Source: Clostridia bacterium (GTDB lineage Bacteria > Bacillota > Clostridia > Christensenellales > Borkfalkiaceae). Taken from it: a DNA stretch of 64,000 bases. The position numbers were made by a program, and so were the translations under genes. Location of the stretch: positions 6,853 through 70,852 of the forward strand of contig JAFSLQ010000042.1 in the NCBI GenBank assembly GCA_017448355.1. Reading direction: 5' to 3'. Positions 31,215-39,145 of this stretch are shown one piece after another. Within the stretch, counting starts at the first letter, position 1; each line of letters begins with the position of its first letter. The notes beneath the pieces are model-generated. The model made no database searches. It had not been told where the DNA came from and saw nothing but the letters and a program-made list of their open reading frames with translations.

Positions 31215-31509
31215 ACGAGCGAAACAGTTTATGCCGTTTGCCGCTCTTCACGGGTTTGAAGAAATAATCCGTGAAAAAGAAACCGTACCTATCGTTAAGC
31301 GCGAATTGACCGTTGACGATGCAAAAGCGCTTGATGAGATTGTTTTGAAGTTGAAAAAGGGCGATTTAGTACAAACAGAGTATTATTTTCGCGATAGATA
31401 CGTAAAAGCGGAAGGAGTTATTACGGCGATAGATTTGGTTTTAAAGAAAATTCGTATAGTCAAAACGGAAATTCCGTTTGAAAATCTTAGGGTTATTAAA
31501 ATAATATGA
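31192..31509 (+). CDS. YolD-like protein (accessory partner of Y-family polymerase)
   Basis: RAKQFMPFAAL motif, about 100 aa, and overlap with the polymerase gene as in Bacillus uvrX-yolD / yqjW-yqzH. Confidence 0.7.
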   Translation: MEKMTRLERAKQFMPFAALHGFEEIIREKETVPIVKRELTVDDAKALDEIVLKLKKGDLVQTEYYFRDRYVKAEGVITAIDLVLKKIRIVKTEIPFENLRVIKII

Positions 31510-32072
31510 AGATAGTTCTTGCAAGCGGTTCGCCGCGAAGAAAAGAGATATTAAATAAATTCGGATATAAGTTTACCGTGGAAAAAAGCGGTTTTACGGA
31601 GTGTGGCGGAGAGTCCGACCCGATTTCAGTCGCAATAAAAAACGCTAAGGGTAAGGCAAGCGATGTGTTTATGCGCTTAAAAGACAAAAACGAAAGCGAT
31701 TTTGCCGTTATAGGCGCAGACACTATTGTTTACTTAAACGGTGTTATTCTCGGAAAACCGAAAGACAGGCTTGACGCCGTTAACACGTTAAAGAACTTAT
31801 CCGGAAATGAACATAAAGTTATTACCGGTTTTTGCGTTTTGGGTAAAAATTTGTGCGTTGTGGGCGTTGATGAGTCTACGGTTAAATTCAACGATTTATC
31901 CGAAGACTTAATCAACGAGTACATAGATAAATGTAAGCCCTTCGATAAAGCGGGGAGTTACGGTATTCAGGACGGTTTTCCGCTTACCGAGAGCGTAAGC
32001 GGGAGCGTTTATAATGTAATAGGACTTCCGATTGAAAAATTAAAGCCGATTTTAGATTTAATTTTGTTGTAA
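31506..32072 (+). CDS. maf: Maf-family nucleoside triphosphate pyrophosphatase
   Basis: LASGSPRRKEIL, GADT, KAGSYGIQ. Confidence 0.9.
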   Translation: MKIVLASGSPRRKEILNKFGYKFTVEKSGFTECGGESDPISVAIKNAKGKASDVFMRLKDKNESDFAVIGADTIVYLNGVILGKPKDRLDAVNTLKNLSGNEHKVITGFCVLGKNLCVVGVDESTVKFNDLSEDLINEYIDKCKPFDKAGSYGIQDGFPLTESVSGSVYNVIGLPIEKLKPILDLILL

Positions 32073-32131
32073 AAAAAAATTATTTATGTTAAGATAATAC
32101 TAAAAAGAAATATAAAGGCGGAAAAAGAATT

Positions 32132-33373
32132 ATGACGAATTATGAAAGCGCGAAATCAGTATTTGCAAAGTACGGCATAGATACCGAAAAGGCTATTGAA
32201 ACGCTTGCGGATATTCCCGTGTCGCTACATTGTTGGCAGGGGGACGACGTTAACGGTTTCGACCACGAAGGACCTTTAACGGGCGGAATACAGACTACGG
32301 GACATTATCTCGGCAAGGCAAGAAATCCCGAAGAACTTATGGCTGACCTTGAAAAGGTTATAAGTCTTGTTCCGGGTAAAAAGAAAATCAACGTTCACGC
32401 GTGCTACGCTATTTTTGAAAAGGGCGAACACGTCGACAGGGATAAAATTGAGCCGAGACATTTTAAAAAATGGGTTGACTTTGCAAAAAAATACGGTATG
32501 GGGTTGGATTTCAATCCGACATTCTTTTCTCATCCTATGGCAAAAAGCGGGCTTACGCTTTCTTCGCCCAATAAAAAAGTCCGCGATTTCTGGATTGCGC
32601 ACGGCAAGGCTTGTATAAAAATTTCCGAATATTTTGCAAGAGAAACGGGTATTCCTTGCGTTATGAACATCTGGACGGGCGACGGGCTTAAAGATATCCC
32701 CGCCGACAGAATGACGCCTAGACTTCGCTATAAAGAATCCATTGACGAGATTTTAAGCGATTATGACAAAAACCTCGTTAAACCTTGCGTTGAGAGTAAA
32801 GTTTTCGGCATCGGCGTAGAAAGTTATACGGTCGGCAGCGCGGAATTTGCACTTTCGTACGCCGCGCAAAAAGGATGCTTGCCGCTTATGGATAACGGAC
32901 ATTATCATCCGACGGAAGTCGTGTCGGATAAAATTCCCGCGCTTCTTTGTTTCTTCCCCGAAATTGCGTTACACGTTACGCGTCCCGTGCGTTGGGATTC
33001 CGACCATGTAGTGTTGTTCGATGATGAAACGAAGGAAATCGCAAAAGAAATCGTGAGAAACGACGCTATTAATAGGGTATACATCGCGCTTGATTATTTT
33101 GACGCAAGCATAAACAGAATCGCCGCGTGGACGGTCGGTGCAAGAAATATGCAAAAAGCCCTATTGTTTGCACTTTTACAGCCTAATACAAAACTTAAAG
33201 CCCTTCAAGAGAGCGGCAATTATACCGAACTTCTGGTTTTACAGGAAGAGGCGAAAACCCTTCCGTTCGGCGAAGTTTGGAACGAATATTTAAAGAGACA
33301 AAATATTCCTGCCGACAACTGGTTTGATATTGTAAAAGAGTACGAAAACACGGTACTTGTTAATAGAAAATAG
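32132..33373 (+). CDS. rhaA: L-rhamnose isomerase
   Basis: Collinear with E. coli RhaA: HCWQGDDV, GGIQTTG, HVTRPVRWDSDHVV, FDASINRIAAW. Confidence 0.92.
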   Translation: MTNYESAKSVFAKYGIDTEKAIETLADIPVSLHCWQGDDVNGFDHEGPLTGGIQTTGHYLGKARNPEELMADLEKVISLVPGKKKINVHACYAIFEKGEHVDRDKIEPRHFKKWVDFAKKYGMGLDFNPTFFSHPMAKSGLTLSSPNKKVRDFWIAHGKACIKISEYFARETGIPCVMNIWTGDGLKDIPADRMTPRLRYKESIDEILSDYDKNLVKPCVESKVFGIGVESYTVGSAEFALSYAAQKGCLPLMDNGHYHPTEVVSDKIPALLCFFPEIALHVTRPVRWDSDHVVLFDDETKEIAKEIVRNDAINRVYIALDYFDASINRIAAWTVGARNMQKALLFALLQPNTKLKALQESGNYTELLVLQEEAKTLPFGEVWNEYLKRQNIPADNWFDIVKEYENTVLVNRK

Positions 33374-33387
33374 TCAAAGGGGCAATT

Positions 33388-34416
33388 ATGAAAAACACTA
33401 TTCTGGATTTGATAAATATTTCAAGTTATGCTGGGGCGCGCGCCGATTATACACAGGGCGGTGGCGGAAACACTTCGGTCAAAAACGACAAAGAAGGCTT
33501 GATGCTTATTAAGGCTTCGGGATACAGACTTAAAGACATAACCGAAACCACGGCTTTTGTTGCGGTCGACAAGAATAAAATAGCCGATTATTATAATTCG
33601 GTTGATTTATCGGTGGAAAAAGATTACGAAAAAGAGAGTGCGGAAATTTCTAAAAATTCAGTTGCTGCGCTTGAAGGCGTACAGACTTTAAGACCGAGCG
33701 TTGAAGTAGGATTTCACGCAATACTTAAAAAATACGTAATACATACTCACTCTGTATACGCTAACATATTGACTTGCAGTTTGGAAGGCGAACAGGTTGC
33801 GGAGAAAATATTTAACGGTAAGGATTTCGGATACATCTTCCTTCCGTATATCAATCCCGGTTTTGAACTTACGCTTGCGATGAAAAAAGCGATAGAAGAG
33901 TACGTGAATAAAAGCGGCAAATATCCCGAAGTTATTTTTATGAAAAATCACGGGCTTGTGGTTAACAGCGACGATATAGACAGGGTAAAGGCAATAAACG
34001 AAACCGTAAACGAAACGATAAGAAATTATTTCGGTCTTTCGGACAACTTCCGTGCGGTAAACCTTGAAAAAACGGTAAACGGATTTGTTTCGGCAACACA
34101 CATTGTGTGCGATTTCGTTAAGGCGAACGGTCTTACAAAAGATTTTTTGGATGAATATCCGCTATATCCCGACCAACTTGTTTATTTGAATAATATCTTA
34201 CAGTTTTCACCTGATAAGTTGAAAGTTGAAAACGGAAAAGTGTATTATAATACAGACGAAAAACAGGCGACAACACTTGACGAAACCCTTGCCGCGTACT
34301 TATTTGTTATAACTTCCGTTAAAAATGCGGGACTTACCATTTCCAAAATGAACGAAAAAGAAGTTTACTTTATTAATCATTGGGAAGCGGAAAAGTATCG
34401 CCGTTCGGTAAAATAG
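33388..34416 (+). CDS. class II aldolase/adducin-domain protein resembling the RhaE (aldolase) half of bifunctional RhaEW/YuxG; no SDR half
   Basis: QGGGGNTSVK and IHTHS motifs. 342 aa, ending before any short-chain dehydrogenase domain. Confidence 0.65.
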   Translation: MKNTILDLINISSYAGARADYTQGGGGNTSVKNDKEGLMLIKASGYRLKDITETTAFVAVDKNKIADYYNSVDLSVEKDYEKESAEISKNSVAALEGVQTLRPSVEVGFHAILKKYVIHTHSVYANILTCSLEGEQVAEKIFNGKDFGYIFLPYINPGFELTLAMKKAIEEYVNKSGKYPEVIFMKNHGLVVNSDDIDRVKAINETVNETIRNYFGLSDNFRAVNLEKTVNGFVSATHIVCDFVKANGLTKDFLDEYPLYPDQLVYLNNILQFSPDKLKVENGKVYYNTDEKQATTLDETLAAYLFVITSVKNAGLTISKMNEKEVYFINHWEAEKYRRSVK

Positions 34417-34431
34417 AATATAAAATCATAT

Positions 34432-34462
34432 AAAAAATGCGGCTATTTTAGCCGCATTTTTT
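34432..34462 (+). terminator. intrinsic terminator
   Basis: AAAAAATGCGGCT-ATTTT-AGCCGCATTTTTT. Confidence 0.8.
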
Positions 34463-34473
34463 ATATCAATCTC

Positions 34474-34502
34474 TGGACAAATTGACAATAAAAATGTATA
34501 AT
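34474..34502 (+). promoter_or_regulatory. sigma-A promoter TGGACA-17-TATAAT
   Basis: Hexamers at 34474-34479 and 34497-34502, with TG immediately upstream of the -10 hexamer. Confidence 0.55.
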
Positions 34503-34534
34503 GTAAGAAAAGTAAGAAATGTAGGGGGGGGAAT

Positions 34535-34756
34535 ATGAATATTTCGCAAGACGATAGATTTATAGTAAGCGTAAAAGTAGGGCCGAAAGGTCAAATTACG
34601 ATACCGCTTGCTGCAAGAAAGATGTTTGATATTAAGGTAGGCGATACGTTAATGGTTATGGGCGATAAAAGCAAGGGGATTGCCCTTGTTAAGGATGATG
34701 AGTTTTACAAACTGATGGGAGATATTGTTCCAAATGGCGGCGATAAAAATCAATAA
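34535..34756 (+). CDS. AbrB/MazE/SpoVT-family DNA-binding protein
   Basis: GPKGQITIPLAARKMFDIKVGDTL is a swapped-hairpin barrel signature. 73 aa. Confidence 0.75.
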   Translation: MNISQDDRFIVSVKVGPKGQITIPLAARKMFDIKVGDTLMVMGDKSKGIALVKDDEFYKLMGDIVPNGGDKNQ

Positions 34757-35468
34757 TTTAAAAAAAGAGTATAAAGACGTTGTTGCGGTTAACGACCTTA
34801 ATCTTGAAATAAAAGAAAACGAGTTGTTTTCGCTTTTAGGTGTAAACGGTGCGGGAAAAACTACGACTATTAAAATGTTGTCAACGCTTGTTAAACCTAC
34901 TAGCGGCGACGCGTTTATTTACGGAAACTCAATAATAAGCGACGATGAAGAAGTTAAAAAACTCATTGATATTTCGATGCAGGAAACGGCTATTGCCAGA
35001 AAACTTACAGTTGAAGAAAATATAGAGTTTTATGCGAAATTATCGGGTCAAACAAAAGAAGAGACGGGAAAAAGCAAGCGGTATGTTTATGAAAATTTCG
35101 GATTAGACGCGGTTGCAAAAAAACAGGCGTCAAAACTTTCAGGCGGCTGGCAAAGAAAATTGTCTATCGCACTTGCGCTTGTGTCAAAGCCCAAAGTTTT
35201 GTTTTTAGACGAGCCGACTTTGGGGCTTGACGTTATTGCAAGGCGAGAACTTTGGAACACCATAAGAAAATTAAAGTCTGAAATGACGATAATTTTAACT
35301 ACGCACTATATGGAAGAAGCGGAGGCTTTGTCCGATAGAATAGGTATTATGAAGGAAGGAAAATTATTGTTTGTCGGAACAAAAGAAGAGTTGTTTATAA
35401 AAACCGACAAAAACAACGTGGAAGAAGCGTTTATCGAAATTGTGGCGGGGGAAAGTGTCAATGCGTAG
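34734..35468 (+). CDS. ABC transporter ATP-binding protein (ABC-2/DrrA type)
   Basis: Walker A GVNGAGKTT, signature LSGGWQRK, Walker B LFLDEPT. Start is ATG 34734 or TTG 34725. Confidence 0.88.
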   Translation: MAAIKINNLKKEYKDVVAVNDLNLEIKENELFSLLGVNGAGKTTTIKMLSTLVKPTSGDAFIYGNSIISDDEEVKKLIDISMQETAIARKLTVEENIEFYAKLSGQTKEETGKSKRYVYENFGLDAVAKKQASKLSGGWQRKLSIALALVSKPKVLFLDEPTLGLDVIARRELWNTIRKLKSEMTIILTTHYMEEAEALSDRIGIMKEGKLLFVGTKEELFIKTDKNNVEEAFIEIVAGESVNA

Positions 35469-36204
35469 AATTTTTACTTTGACTAATCGGAATATAAAAG
35501 AAATTTTAAGAGATCCGCTTTCATTAATTTTTATGGTGGCGTTGCCACTGTTTATGGAAATATTGTTTTATTTTTTATTTCACGGTCTGACGTCTCAATT
35601 TGAAATGAAATATTTAGCGCCCGGAATAGTCGTGTTTTCGCAAGCGTTTTTGACTTTATTTACGGGGCTTTTGCTATCTACGGATAAAAACACGTCGTTT
35701 TTGACCAGATTGTATGTGTCGGGGACGAAATCTTACGAATTTATATTCGGATACGCATTATCGGTGTTACCGATAGCCGCGGCGCAATCAATATTGTTCT
35801 TTTTGGTGGGTGGTATTATAGACGCGTCGATTTTCGGAATAAGTATGTTGTTTGCGATAATATTAAGCAGTTTTTTTACGTCGCTTTTCTTTATTGCGTG
35901 CGGAATATTGTTCGGTTCTATTTGCAACGAAAAATCTATCGGCGGAATATCTTCTATAGTTATCGTGGGGCAGTCGGTGTTGTCCGGTATGTGGTTTCCT
36001 GTGGAAGGTTTAAGCGGGGCTATGGTTGCATTTATGAAGGTTCTGCCTTTTAGAAACGCAACGACGCTCATTCAGAACACATTAAACGGAATAAACAGCG
36101 GTTTTGACGATTTTATTTATCCGTTAATAATTGTGCTTATTTATACTGTTTTGGTGTTTATAACAGCCATCTTGGTGTTTAGAAATAAGATGAAAGAAAA
36201 ATAA
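35461..36204 (+). CDS. ABC-2 type transporter permease
   Basis: Six hydrophobic helices. Start overlaps the ATPase stop. Confidence 0.8.
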   Translation: MRRIFTLTNRNIKEILRDPLSLIFMVALPLFMEILFYFLFHGLTSQFEMKYLAPGIVVFSQAFLTLFTGLLLSTDKNTSFLTRLYVSGTKSYEFIFGYALSVLPIAAAQSILFFLVGGIIDASIFGISMLFAIILSSFFTSLFFIACGILFGSICNEKSIGGISSIVIVGQSVLSGMWFPVEGLSGAMVAFMKVLPFRNATTLIQNTLNGINSGFDDFIYPLIIVLIYTVLVFITAILVFRNKMKEK

Positions 36205-36205
36205 T

Positions 36206-36246
36206 AAAAAACTCGCGGGCAGAATTATTCTGCCCGCGAGTTTTTT
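36206..36246. terminator. bidirectional intrinsic terminator
   Basis: AAAAAACTCGCGGGCAGA-ATTAT-TCTGCCCGCGAGTTTTTT. Confidence 0.85.
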
Positions 36247-36254
36247 ATAAAAGA

Positions 36255-36815
36255 TTAATAAGTTTTTCCGAAGAAAGAAGAAAATTGATTTATCATAACG
36301 ATTACCGCTAATACAAAAAAGCCTAAAAAGAAGAGAAAACCTTCGTTTTTAATACACTCGAAAATCAGTTTGTCGCCGAACCCGTTGTTAAAATAGCAGG
36401 TGAAAAATCCCGCGATTGCAGGTACGTTTGCAAGTACGATAATTAATAAAACAAAGCCCAAAAAGATACTGAATGCACGCAATATCTGACGTAATATTTC
36501 GCTCCTTGAAATCATTACAAAAAGCGTAAACACCAAGTCGAAAGCAACAATCCCGTAAAATGCGTATATAGAATAGGGTAATATGCTAAAAATTTCGGCC
36601 GGGAGTTTATCGTAAATATTAGCCGCTTCAAAAAGCGATTGAATGAATTTTGTCTGCATTGCGGCAATTTCGCTGGTAGTGCCGATGGGCATAATTTTCT
36701 CGAACGCAAAAACCAAAGACGGTTCGATAACGATGGGTATTAAAAGCGTTGCTGAGGCAAATAAGCACAAAATAAGTTGTCCTATACCGATTTTACCTTC
36801 ATAATCTTTGCTCAT
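36255..36815 (-). CDS. hypothetical polytopic membrane protein
   Basis: 186-aa hydrophobic ORF, last gene of the minus-strand mtnN operon. Confidence 0.55.
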   Translation of the reverse strand: MSKDYEGKIGIGQLILCLFASATLLIPIVIEPSLVFAFEKIMPIGTTSEIAAMQTKFIQSLFEAANIYDKLPAEIFSILPYSIYAFYGIVAFDLVFTLFVMISRSEILRQILRAFSIFLGFVLLIIVLANVPAIAGFFTCYFNNGFGDKLIFECIKNEGFLFFLGFFVLAVIVMINQFSSFFGKTY

Positions 36816-36824
36816 AATTTCTCC

Positions 36825-37502
36825 TTAAATCTTTAATGTTTTTAAATATTCTTTTTTATCTTTGTCTATTCTGAAACTGTCTCGCGCTTTGTCTATCGTT
36901 TTGTTTTGTATAAAGCGCGGAAGAGTTTTTTGTTCTAAAAAACTTGCGGTTTTGTCGTAATCTTTTATAAGCATCACGCTTAAAAGCCAAGCCACCGCCA
37001 TATCAATATAATATTCGCCGAATTTGATTTTTAATATAATTTTTAAAAGATTATCCGTGTTTTCCGATTCGCAAAAATAATTTAAAAAGCAAACGATGGC
37101 AAATCTTACCGTGTAAACCTTGTCCGAGTTTAACCATTTAATAATATTTTTATACAGTAAATCCTTGTTTTTCGCTGCTTTTTTTATAGACGCTGAAATC
37201 GAATCGCATATAGCCCAGTTATCAATAAAGGGCAAATAAGCGTTTAACAGATTATAAAACTCACTTTCATTTTTTATATTTGAAAGTAGCAAGCCGTGTA
37301 CTAAATATTCTTCGTAAAAAAAGTGTTCAATATTTATAAAGGAATAGATTTCTTCGCGCGATTTAACGCCTTTAACTATTTTACGAATTTCGGGTATTCG
37401 CACACCGATAATTTCGTATTTTGTATCGGGTACGATTTTAGAGTGAAATTTTTTATAATCTAAATCTTGTTTTTCAAGTAGTTTTTCGGTTATTTTATGC
37501 AT
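36825..37502 (-). CDS. DNA alkylation repair protein (AlkD/AlkC-like HEAT-repeat family)
   Basis: KKFHSKIVPDTKYEIIGVRIPEIRKI and the size are typical of the family. Confidence 0.75.
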   Translation of the reverse strand: MHKITEKLLEKQDLDYKKFHSKIVPDTKYEIIGVRIPEIRKIVKGVKSREEIYSFINIEHFFYEEYLVHGLLLSNIKNESEFYNLLNAYLPFIDNWAICDSISASIKKAAKNKDLLYKNIIKWLNSDKVYTVRFAIVCFLNYFCESENTDNLLKIILKIKFGEYYIDMAVAWLLSVMLIKDYDKTASFLEQKTLPRFIQNKTIDKARDSFRIDKDKKEYLKTLKI

Positions 37503-38154
37503 TTTCCGTCAATATTTTAAGCAATATGTCGTAAAACCCGTCGCACACGGTACGGAGATTTTTATAAAAAGTATTAACGTCGTTGCCGCTGCCGTGAGTA
37601 TCGGTTATTCCCTTAAAAACGTAAAAGGGAACGTTGTTTGCCGTACAGACTTGCGCTATCGAGCCGCCTTCCATATCGAAAATACTGCAACCGAGCGCAG
37701 AAATAGTTTCAATATCAGTTGCTTTTTCTGTAAAGTGGTCGGAAGATGCCAAACTTAATTGTGGCAAAAATGACAATCTGTCAGTTTTGGGATAAAAGTA
37801 TACGGTGTCGTAGTCCTGAATATATCCGACGGAAACGCTGTCTAGTGCGCTTAAATCAAAATCGTACTGACAACACCTGTCAACAGCGTAATACCCGAGA
37901 ATTTTCGTTTTTCCGTCTATTCCGCCGACAGAACCGAAGTTGATGATATAATCTATCTGAAAATTGTCAATTAAGTATTGTGTTGAAAGAGCGGCGTTCA
38001 CTTTTCCGATGCCGCTTTCAATCAGTACGAAATCATTATTCGATATAGTGCCGAAATAAAGTTTTTTTCCGTTTTTGGCTGTATTTGCTTTGGCGTTTGT
38101 GTTACTTAAAACTTTTTCCGCTTCGCTATGAAGGGCAACTATAATTCCTATCAA
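37495..38154 (-). CDS. mtnN: 5'-methylthioadenosine/S-adenosylhomocysteine nucleosidase
   Basis: IGIIVALHSEA, SGIGKVNAA, FDMEGGSIAQV (PNP_UDP_1 fold). TTG start after AAGGTAAAG. Confidence 0.8.
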   Translation of the reverse strand: MIGIIVALHSEAEKVLSNTNAKANTAKNGKKLYFGTISNNDFVLIESGIGKVNAALSTQYLIDNFQIDYIINFGSVGGIDGKTKILGYYAVDRCCQYDFDLSALDSVSVGYIQDYDTVYFYPKTDRLSFLPQLSLASSDHFTEKATDIETISALGCSIFDMEGGSIAQVCTANNVPFYVFKGITDTHGSGNDVNTFYKNLRTVCDGFYDILLKILTENA

Positions 38155-38178
38155 AATTCTTTACCTTGGTTTTTTATT

Positions 38179-38207
38179 ATTTTAACATTTACCGTTATTT
38201 TTGTCAA
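38179..38207 (-). promoter_or_regulatory. sigma-A promoter TTGACA-17-TAAAAT (minus strand) for the mtnN operon
   Basis: The reverse complement of 38202-38207 is TTGACA and of 38179-38184 is TAAAAT. Confidence 0.6.
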
Positions 38208-38427
38208 CGGATAAGATTTTGCTGAAAAGGGTTTCATAAAAAAATAATTTTAAGATGCTTAAAGTGTATTCACATTTTTAATTTTTAGTGTATAAAATAG
38301 TTTTATAGAGTAAAAATAATAAAAATTACCCCAGAATTTTAAAAACATGAAACAATAAAAAATGGCTAAAAATAGAAAAAAAAGGCGTTTTTTAAGCGTT
38401 TTTTGGAAAAACCGAAGAAAAAAACAG

Positions 38428-38456
38428 TTGACAAAGCAAAAAATATACCTTAAAAT
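38428..38456 (+). promoter_or_regulatory. sigma-A promoter TTGACA-17-TAAAAT for the glmU'-glmM-glmS operon
   Basis: Consensus -35 at 38428-38433 and -10 at 38451-38456, with an A-rich UP-like region upstream. Confidence 0.65.
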
Positions 38457-38494
38457 ACAAAAATGTGTTAAACATATAAATCGGAGATGTAAAA

Positions 38495-39139
38495 ATGAAG
38501 TTTATTCACGGTAAAAATCTGAAATTATTAGATAAAAAAACAATTTTTATCGATAAAACCGTTAAAATCGGGAAAAATGTAGTTATTTACGAGAATAACC
38601 GTATAGAAGGGGATACGGAAATCGGCGACGACGTAATTATTAAGCCTAACTGTTATATCAAAAATTGTAAAATCGGCAACGGAACTACTTTTAATTATTC
38701 GCAAGCGGAAGACGCGGTTATCGGCAAAAACGTTTCCGTAGGACCGTTTGCAAGACTTCGCCCCAAAGCGCAAATTTGCGATAACGCAAAAATCGGCAAT
38801 TTTGTTGAAATTAAAAACGCCGTTATCGGCGAAGGGTCAAAGGTGTCGCATCTTGCTTATGTCGGAGATGCGGACGTCGGTAAAAACTGCAATATAGGTT
38901 GCGGGGTTATATTCGTTAATTATAACGGTAAAACCAAAAATCGTTCGTTAGTCGGCGATAACTGTTTTATCGGGAGTAATTGTAACGTTATAGCGCCGGT
39001 AAATATCGCTTCCGATTCCTATATCTGCGCAGGTACTACGATAACCGACGACGTTAACTGCGGCGATTTTGTGATAGGTAGAGTTCGTCAGGAAGTTAAA
39101 GAAGGCAGAGCGTATAAATATTTGAAAGATAAGGAGTAA
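38495..39139 (+). CDS. stand-alone left-handed beta-helix acetyltransferase matching the C-terminal (GlcN-1-P N-acetyltransferase) domain of GlmU; no uridyltransferase domain
   Basis: GPFARLRP...IGNFVEIKN...GSKVSHLAYVGDA...NIGCGVIFVNYNGKTKNRS..IGDNCFIGSN..L.APV is collinear with the GlmU LbH domain. The ORF begins at the LbH. GGAGAT RBS. Confidence 0.75.
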   Translation: MKFIHGKNLKLLDKKTIFIDKTVKIGKNVVIYENNRIEGDTEIGDDVIIKPNCYIKNCKIGNGTTFNYSQAEDAVIGKNVSVGPFARLRPKAQICDNAKIGNFVEIKNAVIGEGSKVSHLAYVGDADVGKNCNIGCGVIFVNYNGKTKNRSLVGDNCFIGSNCNVIAPVNIASDSYICAGTTITDDVNCGDFVIGRVRQEVKEGRAYKYLKDKE

Positions 39140-39145
39140 GGTTTT

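Noticed and set aside
38155-38494. 340-nt non-coding region upstream of the glmU-like/glmM/glmS operon, examined for a glmS ribozyme, another riboswitch or a hidden gene. It includes a ~50-codon, very basic ORF starting at ATGGCTAAAAAT.
   Set aside because: The sequence is extremely A/T-rich and lacks the GC-rich paired elements a glmS ribozyme needs. The basic ORF has no RBS and its Lys/Arg content simply reflects A-runs. The region is adequately explained by two divergent consensus promoters plus UP-like A-tracts.
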